From assembly GCF_006345805.1 (NCBI RefSeq), contig NC_042999.1, forward strand, positions 46,500,001 to 46,564,000: a DNA stretch of 64,000 nt, given 5' to 3'. Position numbers and translations under genes: made by a program. The notes under the pieces were generated by a model that saw nothing but the letters and a program-made list of their open reading frames with translations, was not told the origin of the DNA and ran no database searches. This DNA is from Octopus sinensis (Eukaryota). Below are positions 1 through 12,660 of the stretch, one piece after another; position 1 is the first letter of the stretch, and each line of letters starts with the position of its first letter.

Positions 1-8
1 ACACTTAC

Positions 9-68
9 TGGGGTTTTCCATTTCATCGCTGATTTTGTTTTTCCAAAATACTTATGGCATTGGCAGAA
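9..68 (-). CDS. Candidate 60-nt internal exon (FCQCHKYFGKTKSAMKWKTP), gene unidentified
   Basis: On the minus strand, tatttttcaaatatgcag acceptor and CA|GTAAGT donor; only the phase-0 frame is open; length is a multiple of 3. No homology recognised. Confidence 0.35.
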
Positions 69-90
69 CTGCATATTTGAAAAATACACT

Positions 91-101
91 TATATATATA
101 T

Positions 102-139
<38 letters not shown>

Positions 140-158
140 AGTTCAGCAGATTTTGATT

Positions 159-220
<62 letters not shown>

Positions 221-245
221 GTGTGTGTGTGTATGTATGTATGTA
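91..245. repeat. (TA)n/(TG)n microsatellite cluster
   Basis: Direct reading of the sequence. Confidence 0.95.
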
Positions 246-745
246 TCTTAAAATTCAAATAGTGTCATATCTAATGATTTAAAATAATGGGTAGGTACAC
301 TTAGAGATCGATGTTGATTTACTGCGTAAAACTACAATTCGTACCGTAACTAAATGCATGGATATTATAGCTGCATAATGACGACTGACTATAGGATATT
401 TTTCAATTGAGCAGGTACATGCATAATAAGATAAAATTATAAACAAACAAAACAACTGGTATCAAGTTAGATTATTATATGTATAACTTAAAAAATGTTA
501 GTTGAGTTGTTATTTGAGAAGAGATAATAAGAATGGAGGAAGTAATACGGTGTGCTGAAAGTATTTTACAGCTGTTTCAAGTACTGGTGTACAGATGGTG
601 CATTTTGTGTAAAATATGTGTGTTAGCTATCCATATAGCAGCGGTCTATTATATAATCTTAGTGACAATGAGCTATAGCAATGCTTCGAATTGCTCTTTT
701 CCTAATTATTAATGCAAATTCTAGGATATATATATATATATATAT

Positions 746-779
<34 letters not shown>

Positions 780-787
<8 letters not shown>

Positions 788-1433
788 GTCAAAATGAAAT
801 TTTCACTTGCAACTGTATTTTTAGAAAAACACCCAATGAAGATGTATTGAAAAGGCCCTTTACAATTTCAGACTTAACTAACTGACCACTTTAGGGACCA
901 AGTTGACTGACATCACCCATTTCTCTTCTTTTTGTCTTCTACAAACTTGTGTGTTTTCAGAGACGGGTGTAAAATGTATGTGGCTTAGGATTAGTTTAGA
1001 AGCATAGCTACTTGTTCGACGCTCTCAGGTCACTTGACAAAGATCTAGTAGCCATCAGCAAGGCCAGAACTTACGAATCTTATATATTCGCACCCATTTT
1101 CAACAACTCTGAGATATTCTCATCGAGTGGTCAGTGAGAATGGGGAGACAAGTTAGCAGTGTTATTCCGGAAATCTTTATATCTTATGGTACGAGAAAAT
1201 TTTCCTGGGTCACGCGATCAGTCGAGAGCCCTAGACATAAGCGGCAACGACAACAGTGCTTCTGATCAAAGGCCTGTTTTTGTTGGACAGTTGTTTATTG
1301 CGTTTTGATAGAAAATGTAGTTCAAAAATTGTTTTTTAATGTAAGCGTGCCCAAACAAGTCGAATGCTTACACAGAGCAGGTTTTACAGCCACATCATGC
1401 AAACCAATCGGGTGAAACCGGGTTTAGCTGCTA

Positions 1434-1434
<1 letters not shown>
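780..1434 (+). mobile_element. Probable non-autonomous Helitron-like element (3' end recognisable, 5' limit uncertain)
   Basis: Ends in a subterminal hairpin AAACC-aatcgggtgaaaccg-GGTTT followed by CTAG|T (1431-1434), then (TA)n. Confidence 0.4.
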
Positions 1435-1501
<67 letters not shown>

Positions 1502-2156
1502 TATATATGTTTGTATATATGTGTGTGTATGTGTGTGCGAGTGTGTGGCATTGTAAAACTAAATTGGATTCGATCCTTCGTGGAAGTAGTTTTACAATCC
1601 TACTTCATCAACGTTTTCCATAGAGCAGAAGCAGAACGAACGACTTCTAATATATGCAGAAGAAAGAAATGGTTTTTCATAAAAATATATTTTTTCGTTG
1701 CATGCTTAATTCCAAAATTCCCATCGAGTTTTTCAGTGAAGAAAAAGTCTTAATAATTTTATATTAGTTGCGAAAATTCACCAAAAATCAATTGAATCAT
1801 ATTTTGAAACGACAAAATAAAATTGACGGAACGAATATTTCGTTTTAATATTTTCGCTTTCCACAAAGTCTGTTTCTATGCGGATTAAATATTAATATAA
1901 ACCCAAAAGCTAACCAGCTATCTGTGTCAATTTTGTTTTGTTGAATGAGATATATTCATCGTTACATACACAAATTCGATACTATGAAAGCTGATTGCTT
2001 AATTCTTCAAGATAGTAAGGCAGAATCATATAATTCAGAAGCAAGATGTATATTTCTGTACATATTCACATCAACTTAAGGAAAAAAAACCATATTTTTC
2101 CACGTACATATATTCACACATAAAAATGTACGCACCTATATATGTAGGGAATTTCT

Positions 2157-2283
2157 GTATCTATCTATCTATCTATCTGTCTACCTATCTATCTATACAG
2201 AAATTCATACATACATACATACATACATACATACATACATACATACATACATACATACATACATACATACATACATACATACA

Positions 2284-2358
<75 letters not shown>

Positions 2359-2427
2359 ATGCATACACACACACACACATATATATATATATATTATATA
2401 TATATATATATATATACAGAAATGCAT

Positions 2428-2461
<34 letters not shown>

Positions 2462-2505
2462 GCAGAAATGCATACACACACATATATATATATAAATATA
2501 TATAT
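2157..2505. repeat. Compound microsatellite (TATC)n-(TACA)n-(TA)n-(CA)n
   Basis: Direct reading; explains ORFs 2126-2571. Confidence 0.95.
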
Positions 2506-2689
2506 GATAAGTATTTTGTGTTTAATGTTTCTCCTCAACTGATTTTATGTAAGCTCTTACAGCATATCTAAAGTTCCCTTCATCTGATCGCCCTATCATA
2601 ATCCTCTTCCTGCTCGTCATCATCATCCTCATTATCATTATTATTATTATTATCATTATTATTATTATTATTGTTATTATTATTATTAT

Positions 2690-3245
2690 GTGAGAGAGCA
2701 GTGCATGCCATCAAAGTGACACTGGGGTAAAATATACGAAGCTCAGTATACCCATCATGACTACCCGTCTGATAAGAGTACACTAAGCACATGCGCCACA
2801 ACCATATGTGCGCGACATGGTGAATTCATATCAAGATAAACAGTGCATGACCTTGCAGTTGGGGCCCAGTTATAATTCTTCTGGTCGAGTAACCCATTCC
2901 GCTCAAAAGGTCCCTGAATAAAGGTTGTTTAAAGATGTTGAACGAAACATCCATGTTTCCAGAGATTAATTATTCAACCCCCCCCCCCAAATCCCTCTCA
3001 ACACATGGCTATCATGCTCCCCCACTACTTCTACTCGTGATCAGAGATGCACATATCGTCAGCCACTAAGAGACATGATCAACTGGTTAAGGTCAAACAA
3101 CTGACAAGCAAACCTGTGGTATTGAACATAATATTTGCTGTTGCCCATCTTTTATACCAAGACAAAACAATGTACGTGATAACACTTCCAATTTGTTAAG
3201 ATCAGGAGCCATGAGATCCACTGCCTGGTACTGTACCAGGGCATT
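2690..3245. mobile_element. Unclassified interspersed repeat flanked by (ATT/ATC)n tracts
   Basis: The segment starting tgagagagcagtgcatgccatc recurs at 20920-21035; both ends abut trinucleotide microsatellites. Confidence 0.6.
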
Positions 3246-3259
3246 TATTATTATCATTT

Positions 3260-3305
<46 letters not shown>

Positions 3306-3739
3306 CATCATCATCACCATCATCATCATCATAATCATTATTATTATTATACTGGAGCGTGATATGATTTTCAATAATTATGGAATTGACATTTTATTGA
3401 ATTGATCAACATTTCGGCAGCATTTCTGTTTTTCTCGACTTGAAAACGAGAGAATGATACGCAGAATTGCAGAAATTCAAAATTTTAAACTGGAATGTCC
3501 TGCGTTCATTTTTAGACAACTGTTAACAGGAAAAAGAAAAAGAACTTGAAAAAAAAAAAGCAAGAAAGAGCATAGTTAGTCAAAAAGGTTTGTGTAAATA
3601 TGATGGAATTCTCCTCTCATGTTATTTATTCCAATAGAGTGTGACTTTAGTAATGCACAGGCATATTTATTCCTCATGTTTTGAGGACCGAAAGGACAGT
3701 GAAATATCTTCTGAGAATATGTACTTTGAGATGTTACTC

Positions 3740-4440
3740 AAAATTACAGCTGTTTTACGTAAAATTTCCGGCAATTTCCGTTGAATTACTGCCACTGTGC
3801 TTCATACCATACCCATGCCCATTGCATCTTTTGTTTAATTTTTCTGTTGTGCAACCAACATAAATCAAGTTGTGTTTGGCGCATTCCACTGCGTACACAT
3901 AACTGAAATCCTGACAGATTCTACCTTCTATAAAAATTATAACACTTTTATAATTTGCCATGGAGTTGACTTGATACATGTTTTGGCATAATGAATATGG
4001 CTTACGTCTCTCGCGATTGTTTGTCGGAGTAAAGCCCTCATAAACTCCAATGGACTTTTAATTGGGAGTAAAAGTACTGTTTAATTGTCCACTTATACCT
4101 TTATTGCACCGAAAGGCTACAGTATGCAGAAAAGTTCTTTAACACTACTTAGTCTGTACAGAACCAATTTCACATTTACTTCAGAATTATTTTCTCTCCA
4201 AAGATTACTCGTGTACAAGTATATTGTTATAATTTTTGCTTTCGGATACAAAATTTCTCTGAAATATTTATGTAGAATAAAAATATATGTATATCCATCC
4301 CATTTTGACCTTTTCCTATCTATTTTAGTTGTAAAATTAATATCAGCTTCATTTTCAACAGGTTTTATTTTATTCGGTTTTAGTGTTAAGAAGCTTCAAC
4401 ATACCGTGTTTGGTAGCTTTTAATAAGCAAATTTAAGGCA
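3740..4440 (-). mobile_element. Penelope-like retroelement fossil (GIY-YIG endonuclease fragment)
   Basis: ORF 3755-3979 contains YVYAVECAKHNLIYVGCTTEKLNKRCNGH, matching the VY-x-I-x-C...YVG-x-T...L-x-x-R-x-x-x-H pattern of PLE GIY-YIG domains; upstream extent uncertain. Confidence 0.6.
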
Positions 4441-4744
4441 CGCATATTTCAGTAATATATTGCAATGCATGACACTGTCTTTTCACATTTTTGTACATTT
4501 TGTGTGGAGATAGGGTTGAATTGGTCCGACGCTTAGTTTATCTATACGTAAACCGATTCAATGCGAGAGGTCCGATGGATTTCTTTGCACACAACCCCAC
4601 CACACACATGTAGTGTGCACACGCATGCATGTTTCGAAGCACATAATTTAGCTGCTGTGGCGAAACTCAGTAGCTGTTACATTTCTTATAAATGCATATC
4701 TGGACATGTATGTATGCAATTTTATATGTCTATTTATGACATTT

Positions 4745-5045
4745 GTGGAGGCGCAATGGCCCAGTGGTTTGGGCAGCGGACTCGCGGTCGGAGGATCGCG
4801 GTTTCGATTCTGAGACCGGGCGTTGTGTGTATTTATTCAGTGAAGGCACCTAAAATCGATGGTGGCGACCCCTTTTGTACTCTTTCGCCCCAGCTTTCTC
4901 TCACTCTTTCTTCCTGTTCCTTGGGTAACGCTGCGATAGACTGGTGTCCCGGCCAGCTGGGTGGAGTGGGGGGGGGGGGCGCACATACGCCACAGAAACC
5001 GGGAAACCGGGCCCATGAGCCTAGCTAGGTTTGAAAAGGGCGCAT
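4745..5045 (+). mobile_element. tRNA-derived SINE, family C/D chimera
   Basis: A box TGGCCCAGTGG and B box GGTTTCGATTC; tail (aaccgggaaaccgggcccatgagcc...aaaagggcgcat) shared with 6320-6568; head and middle shared with 24663. Confidence 0.8.
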
Positions 5046-6319
5046 AAATAAAATAAAATTTATGACATTTACTTTAATGTCATGAATTATTTCATCGGTC
5101 CCCGTTTATTAGTACTGTTTACCGATAGGAAAATGGTAAAAAGCAAACTAGATACGTTTGTGATTTGAGCTCATGAAGTGGATGGAGAAGCTAAATAATC
5201 CACCTTATATGTTTCATTGTCTGAAACCACTTGTGGAACGAACAACTTAGAATCATGTCACGTTGAAATTAAATAATGTTTGCTATATTTCACCATCCCT
5301 ATTCGATTATTTGGAAAACATCGAAATATATTTCAATGAAGTATAAAGACCACAATAAAATGAAATAAAATAAATAAATAAAAACAAAAAACATAAACAT
5401 TTTCCAAATTAGAATTACATTAAAAAATATTATCTACAAAATTTGTTGTCAAATTATTTAAAATAAGTTCATAATATAAACATCAATGTCACATTAAAAA
5501 TATAATTCGCTACAATACAACTTTTCCGTTGTGGTTTGATGTCCTCTAATCATATTTTAGATTAAACTATAAAATTATCGATTTTGTGCATAGACGTAAT
5601 GTCTCCCATTCATATGGGAAGACTAATCTTGTTTGTCGTTCATTTAGCTTGAAAGTAAAATCCGAATATTTAGCTTTTATTTTTATTTTGGAATGTAATT
5701 CTGGAGTATATAACTGTTTGAGTAGATTCTTTATGTGCGCAACGGTAGTTTTTTTATTGTTGTATATATTAAAAACCCATCTCAAATATATTTACAATTT
5801 GAACTGCAGCGTTCGTTTTATTTGCTTAAGAGTTAAAATTTAGGCTTCTTTTCAGTAGGCAACGAATATCCCTATTTTAGTTCAGGACGTATTATGAAAT
5901 GAATCAATATTTTGTTGTAATGAATTCATCTTGGGATTCAAATTGTGCTTTTGTTTGAGAATGAACTCTTTTGCTCTGCCTAAACCTCAAAACTATCATG
6001 AATTTTAATCCCAACCAAGTGACATCACTGACTCTTTTGCCTATGCAAATAATCTTTCCTGACTTTATTCTTGCTGTTGTTGTTGTTGAGCCTACGATGA
6101 GCGCTGTTTGAGCAAACTTATGATAAAAGATGTATCAATTGTGACAATCGCACCAGTTTGTATATGAGTGATTACAATCCCCCTTGCGTAGATTTTAAGA
6201 CGTTTGGATGTGATATGAAAGAAATCTAGTTGCTATATTTAACGCATAGTACAACCGGACAGAGACTCCTGCTTCTTTAAATGCTTTAATATATTTATGT
6301 TAGGTAATTATACCATGTG

Positions 6320-6568
6320 TGGAGGCGCGTGGCTTAGTGGTTAGGGTGTCAGCATCATGATCGTAAGATTGTGGTTTCGATTCCTGGACCGGCGACGTGT
6401 TGTGTTCTTGAGCAAAACACTTCATTTCACGTTGCTCCAGTCCACTCAGATGGCAAATAGAAGTAACGCTGCGATGGACTGGCGTCCCGTCCAGCGGGGG
6501 AACACATACGCCATAGAAACCGGGAAACCGGGCCCATGAGCCTGGCTAGACTTTAAAAGGGCGCATGT
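6320..6568 (+). mobile_element. tRNA-derived SINE, family C (V-SINE-like core)
   Basis: TGGCTTAGTGG and GGTTTCGATTCC boxes; CTGCGATGGACTGGCGTCCCGTCCAG resembles the V-SINE core (recalled, not aligned); tail fragment also at ~39430-39460. Confidence 0.8.
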
Positions 6569-7122
6569 ATTTTATTTATTTTTAATTATACCATGTGGTA
6601 GCAAAACTGTTTTCTAAAACTGCAACGTCCTCAGAAGGTAGAATCCAGAGACGTATATCAATACTAAATATATTGTACAACTTTCTTGTAAAGCAAAATA
6701 ACTGAATGAATGTGGTGTAGCTCCTAGTTTGAAGGATATGATTTTATATCCACTGTAAGTATTCCATTCTTTCTTTTTTTTCAGAGCTCACTAATTTATG
6801 TATGTCGGTTTACCAAGTTAAAAAAAATTATAAACAGGTTATTCGATGAAAGTTCCTTTTTGTAGATTAGGATCCATAAGAATGATTAGAAATAAACATC
6901 AGTTTTATAGTGTACATGCTGAATAGTATGAGTATGTAGGAAGCGTGAAGCCTCAATCTAGTCGTTCTAACTACTAGAAAAAGCTGCAGAATCTCCATCA
7001 AGTATCAATATACCCTCTTCAAAAATAAAGTTCACATCGGTTAATGTATACTCAAATAAAAGAAGACGATATGGACATAGGAACACAGCGCTGAGTATAG
7101 ATGATTTTCACAGTAATTTCAT

Positions 7123-7161
<39 letters not shown>

Positions 7162-7258
7162 CTTAATCATATCAAAGGGAAATCGAAATTAATTAAAATT
7201 TTCATTTCCAGTGGCCTAACGTGTAAAAACTATGTATTAGTCCAAAGACTATGTATTA

Positions 7259-7512
7259 GTCATAAAATACAGTGTACGTTTAAACACACGAGGAATCCAC
7301 TCGTGGGATTCAACACGCTAGAAAGAACAGCTAGGTTCGATAACCACAAAATTCGGGTAAAATTAGATGGTAAAATGCTTTTATCTTTTCATTTCGTTCC
7401 TGTCGAATTTTATCCCTGATTTTGTGGTTATGGAACCTAGCTGTTCTTTCTAGCGTGTTGAATACCACGAGTGAATTCCTCATGTGTTTAAATGTACACT
7501 GTATTTTATGAC
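7259..7512. repeat. Fold-back inverted repeat (~105-bp arms, ~41-nt loop)
   Basis: 7259-7364 is the near reverse complement of 7406-7512. Confidence 0.9.
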
Positions 7513-7580
<68 letters not shown>

Positions 7581-8539
7581 CGATAATATACTTTTTTGCG
7601 AATAACATTCAATCATTTGAAGAAGGAAGAAAGGAGACAAAAGAAAGTGAATAATGGTGGGAGGACAAAAATATACAAAACCACATACATAGGAATTCGA
7701 AAACGCATACACAAACGCAAGCATGCACACACACACACACACATACACATATATGAGTTTAGAGGGATATATTATCTTGGTGGGTACCGTAGTAGCTCTG
7801 TTATGTTCCAGGTTAACATTAACCGCATTGACTAGTATTTAACGTCTATGACTACTAGAAGTTGTCAGTCACGTTGTAAATTCCTCCGATGGGTAATTCC
7901 GTGTCCGCTTCGCTGGATTCTAATATTATCTGGAACGTAAATTTGCAATAATTATAACGATAGATAATATGGAGAATGGTGCATCATCAGAATTAATTTC
8001 TTTTTTATTTTACGTTATGTCATACAGCATTGCTGTATGTCATACGGTAATGAGCCTACAGACTCATACCCAAACGGACTCACAGAAATATACACATTCG
8101 CACACAAATGCACGCAAGTATATTCGTTCATATTCTGACACATACATACTCACTCATATATGTACATAAACACACGCAAACCAAACACTGAAATATTGGC
8201 ATTAAATGAAACGTACCATTTGAAGCTTTTGAACTTGCCTCACTTTATATGATTTATTTTTTAAATCATTCGAAACGAGCTCTAAATTATTCGACATGCG
8301 CTGTATTTTTTTTTGCTTATCTTTTTTTGTATTGGGAAGTTCTTTCTGTTGTCTTATTTGTTTCATAATGCTTAATTGTTATTATGTTCACAAATTCTGA
8401 TGATCTGATCAAGTAAATTTTCTCTGTTTCTCATTAGTAAATATAATATAATATAATATAATATAATATAATAATATATACTTGCTGGACCCGGAAAACA
8501 TAAAAAATGTAAGCATCTGTAAACAGTGTACTGGTGCCA

Positions 8540-8710
8540 TGAGAAATGTTTGCATATTATGACCGTCTGTCTTTACGTTCTGAGTTCAAATTCTGCGAGG
8601 CCGACTTTACCTTTCGTCCTTTCGAGGTCTATAAATTAAGTACCATTTGTGTACTAGGGTCGATCTAATTAACTGTCACCCTCCCCACAAAAATTTCAGG
8701 CTTAGAAAAG
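8540..8710 (+). mobile_element. SINE family B, degenerate partial copy
   Basis: acgttctgagttcaaattc...actttacctttcgtcctttcgaggtctataaattaagtacca matches other family B copies. Confidence 0.75.
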
Positions 8711-8880
8711 TATATTGTGACTTACAGAATGTAGAAAAAATTCAACACCAATGACTATATAATCCAACCAAAATATCTCAGTTACACAAACGTAAACGGA
8801 ATTATTATTTAAACATAAAATAATCATACATATTCAAAGAACCTTCTTGGTTTAGTGGTATAGAACGTTTTTCTGATATT

Positions 8881-9090
8881 CTTTTATTCTTTCACTTGTT
8901 TCAGTCATTTGACGGTGGCCATGCTGGAGCACCACCCTTTAGTCGAATAAATTGGCCCCTGGACTTATTCCCTGTAAGCTTGGTGCTTAATCTATCAGTC
9001 TCTTCTGCTGAACAGCTAAATTACAGGAACGCAAATGCACCAACATCGGCTGTCCAGCAATGGTGGTGGTGGGACAAAGACAGACACAAA
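8881..9090 (-). mobile_element. SINE family A, 3' half
   Basis: Reverse complement of the tail ggtggtgctccagcatggcc...gtcaaatgactgaaacaagt. Confidence 0.8.
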
Positions 9091-9296
9091 CACACACACA
9101 CATACATGCATACATGTATACATACATACATACATGCATATGACATGCTTCGTGGTAGTAGTGATGCTGGCTGGTGCGATTTTGTCGTCTGCTGAGAGAG
9201 ATCCAGCGGGCTCCTAATTGGTTCCCCGATTTTAAAGGTGTAATGTGAATGTGTAATGATGGAGCGGTTGGTGTGGTGATGGTGCGGTGGTCTTCC

Positions 9297-9840
9297 TCAA
9301 AGTACTTTATGGTAGACAATATTTTGTGTGTATGTCACACCACGTCTTTGGATTTGTCTGTTATCCCAATTGAGTGTCATAACTCTTACTTCGATATTGT
9401 TCATAGCTCGTGCTCTTGAAAATGCGACATATAATTGACCATGAGAAAATACCGGTTGAGGCAAATGTATTCCAAATCTTTCAAATATTTGCCCTTGGGC
9501 CTTATTAATTTTCATTGAATATACAAGTCGAAGTGGAAACTGAAGTCTGTTTAGTGCGAATGGAATATTTGCATTACTTGGGGTAATTTTAATTTTGGGA
9601 ATTAGACCTGTACGACCTCTGTTGGAGCCCGTTACCAATGTTGCCTCTACACAATGTACATGAAGTCTTTGCACTTTCATGCGAGTTCCAGTACACAATC
9701 CTTGACTGATCGAAATATATTTTCAGCTGCATTACAATAGCCCCTACTTTTAAGCTGAGGCATACCGAATGGAGTGAGTGATTTATGAACTCAAATGGAT
9801 AGTCCTGAACCTCTTCTTCTTTATTGCAGAACACTGAATA
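9297..9840 (-). mobile_element. Helitron RepHel PIF1-like helicase C-terminal pseudogene fragment
   Basis: Translations contain YPFEFIN..LSLKVGAIVM and CTGTR..., RLQFPLRLVYSMKINKAQGQ, FSHGQLYVAFSR; frameshift between the two ORFs. Confidence 0.9.
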
Positions 9841-10165
9841 TGTGCTTAAGTACGTTTTAAGTGCCTCTGGTATAATATTAAGAACTTTTTCATTTATTTC
9901 AAGACAGAATTTTTAGGAGAAAAAATTACTTATTTTTCCATTTCTTCTGGAGTGCAGTTGTTGAAACTTTTTGGGTACAAATGTATAAATTTCTGGGTAC
10001 AAATATACAAATTGAAATGCAAAAGAAAGAAATAATAAATGGATTTATGAATGAATGTTTGGTAATTGCGTATATTTTCACGGCGCGATACTTATTATTG
10101 CAAACATGTTGGAACTAAACTATACTATACACATGCACACAAATACATTCTTATATATATATACA

Positions 10166-10300
10166 TGTCTTGAGTTGTAGCTGTAATTTAAGGGGGTCAG
10201 CCTTGTCATATTCTGTGTGAGGCTGAATCTCCCTGACACTACGTTAATGTTATGCATGCCTGTGGAGTACTCAGTCACTTTTGAGTTAATTTTATCCTCG
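10166..10300 (+). mobile_element. SINE family D body fragment
   Basis: cagccttgtca..ctgaatc.cc...actacgttaatg...tgtggagt.ctcagtcactt matches 24850-24940. Confidence 0.7.
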
Positions 10301-10707
10301 TGTGGTAATGAAAAGTGAAACTGACAGCCAATATTTGCTGTGTCTATGTATCTATGAAATTTTCTTTAGATTTATGTATCTACTGTCTCTCTCGCTTTCT
10401 CTCTTTCTCTCTCACTTCCGTTGTCACACTTCTCTCCCGCTTTTGATTTAACGATGTGTATTTGTATCTATGTATGTACTTTTCTTGCGATGTGATAAAC
10501 ATTTAAAAACACAAAACGAACACATCTTTCAAGATTCACATGCTCAGATTCCGAAAGGACAAAATACTCGCACCACGTTCTCCAACATCTATCATTCACT
10601 ATATCAGCACCACTGTCTCGAACATTTAGACAATTATCCTGAAGTTTAAGTCAATTAGCTCTTTTGACAGAAAATTGACTAATCGTTATTGAAAGTCCCA
10701 AGATTAC

Positions 10708-10761
10708 CTGGCGCCATAAATGTAGAGTAGTTCATGCTGTTTTCGAAAGAATCATACCATT
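10708..10761 (-). CDS. Candidate 54-nt exon (xWYDSFENSMNYSTFMAP)
   Basis: ctttgtccctag acceptor and CCAG|GTAATC donor; only the phase 1-1 frame is open. Confidence 0.35.
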
Positions 10762-11579
10762 CTAGGGACAAAGGTATTTTGTTTTTAGAATAAAAAAGCA
10801 AGGATATTATAGCTTAGGTGAATGGGTTCATCTGGAGATTGAAATAGTAATGTGATATGGACATAAAAATAAAACTTAAGTTTGTCTCGAGCATACATGG
10901 TCAATTGGCCGTAGATTTGTCCAGTTTCTCAGGCATATAAGTGACTTAGGACGTGACTTGCCACTCTGGGCGTTACAAACTTCAGCTAAGCAGACTTCGA
11001 CTTGTTCTATGAATCTCAGTTTTATAAATCAATATAATATTGATTTAAAGCCTCGTATTACATTGCACAGTCAATTCGATCTGCCATTTACATTACTGGA
11101 TTTATTTAATCGAACTAACATGGATAAACGGTAAATTGAACTCTGAACGAAGAAAAAAGAGACAAGTACATACCAACATTCCCGTCAGTCCACCATCCTA
11201 TAGATGAATAAACTATCTAATAGTTATCATAGCTTTCGTTTACTTAATCTCTAAATATTTTAGTTTGCTTAACCGTATCAAATCGCTTTAGTTTACCAGA
11301 TGACCAATAACTCTTTGACCCTATTACACCAACTATTCAAATCTCAGATCTTTTCAAATAAATTTCAAACAACTACGATTACAACGTTGACGGCAACGAC
11401 GGTGAAAACTATCTTGTTTGCCTTAACAGTTATTACGTTAGAATTCCAACATACTAAAACCAGCATTCGCCTATACATCCAATCCTTATTACATGAAAGC
11501 GTTTTAGAAACTTACCGACCTTCCGATCTGTAAATGCAAAAGACTACAAACGTGACCTTTTCCTCGCGTAAAACATCAA

Positions 11580-11720
11580 GCAGCCGCAGTATCTCGTTGT
11601 GTAACAACATCAGAAAATGTCTAGCTAACGGTAACGACAGTCGCCAATTTATACGAATAATGGAAAGAAGAAAGAAAAAAAGATCTTTTTGTTTATCTCG
11701 GTTAGCAACCGATTTCTTTC
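11580..11720. promoter_or_regulatory. Putative RFX/X-box-like motif cluster in a unique, relatively CpG-rich island
   Basis: GTTGTGTAACAAC (11596-11608), GCTAACGGTAAC (11624-11635), CGGTTAGCAACCG (11699-11711). Confidence 0.3.
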
Positions 11721-11989
11721 ATATGCTGCCAAACTCATTCTTTTGTTAATCAGAGTTAAATTCATACGATTTTAATTACAGTTAACACCTGGTTGTCGCA
11801 CATCTATTAATTCATAGACGACAATAGCGATATTTTATTTACGACAATCAATCTTCACTGTATTCTTCAATTGTCTTTTGACAAAGCAGAATCTCGCAAT
11901 AACGTTTTCATTTCCCCCCCCCCACCATCATCACTAGCATCGCCACCGGCGCCGCCGCTGCCATCACCATGGCCACTCAAGTAAATATC

Positions 11990-12100
11990 AACCAAGCAAA
12001 CATCAACCATCAGCATCCCTACCAGCATCATCATCATCATCATCATCATCCTCCACCCCACCAGCATCAACACCCCACCACCACCATCACCACCACCACC
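11990..12100. repeat. (CAT)n/(CAC)n trinucleotide tract
   Basis: Direct reading; explains the poly-His and poly-Met ORFs. Confidence 0.9.
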
Positions 12101-12534
12101 AAGTTATTGTTGCTCTTCTTTTTTCTTTTTTCTCTATTTCATTGGACAATGATGTCGGTAATTAACATGAGATTAATTAATCAGACACTATGTAGTTTTC
12201 TTTGGAATCATCTGCCTTACTCATTCAAAAACTATTTGTGTCTCCATTATTCCTCTCTCGATTTTCTATAAATGAATGGTTAGGTCAGTATTACCAATAT
12301 TATGTTAAGAGGCAAGGAATTTCAGGTAATTAAAATTACCCGTGGGTTCAGCAGAAAGTATAAGCTTAACGATCAAGCCTTGTCAGGAATCAAAAGTATT
12401 GGTTTCATTGTTGGTTAGACTTGACGACAAGGATCAATTAGATTTATGATCAAAAGACATGGCAGTCTTTTTCTTTTACATCACCCAGTCTACCCTAATT
12501 TTAAAGCTTGAGTAATACACCACACACACACACA

Positions 12535-12660
<126 letters not shown>

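Noticed and set aside
5567-5843. Overlapping 72-aa and 85-aa ORFs on opposite strands
   Set aside because: No motif recognised and no strong flanking splice signals
11969-12271. Poly-His ORF resembling a transcription-factor N-terminus
   Set aside because: It is a (CAT)n/(CAC)n microsatellite followed by a T-rich, non-protein-like tail
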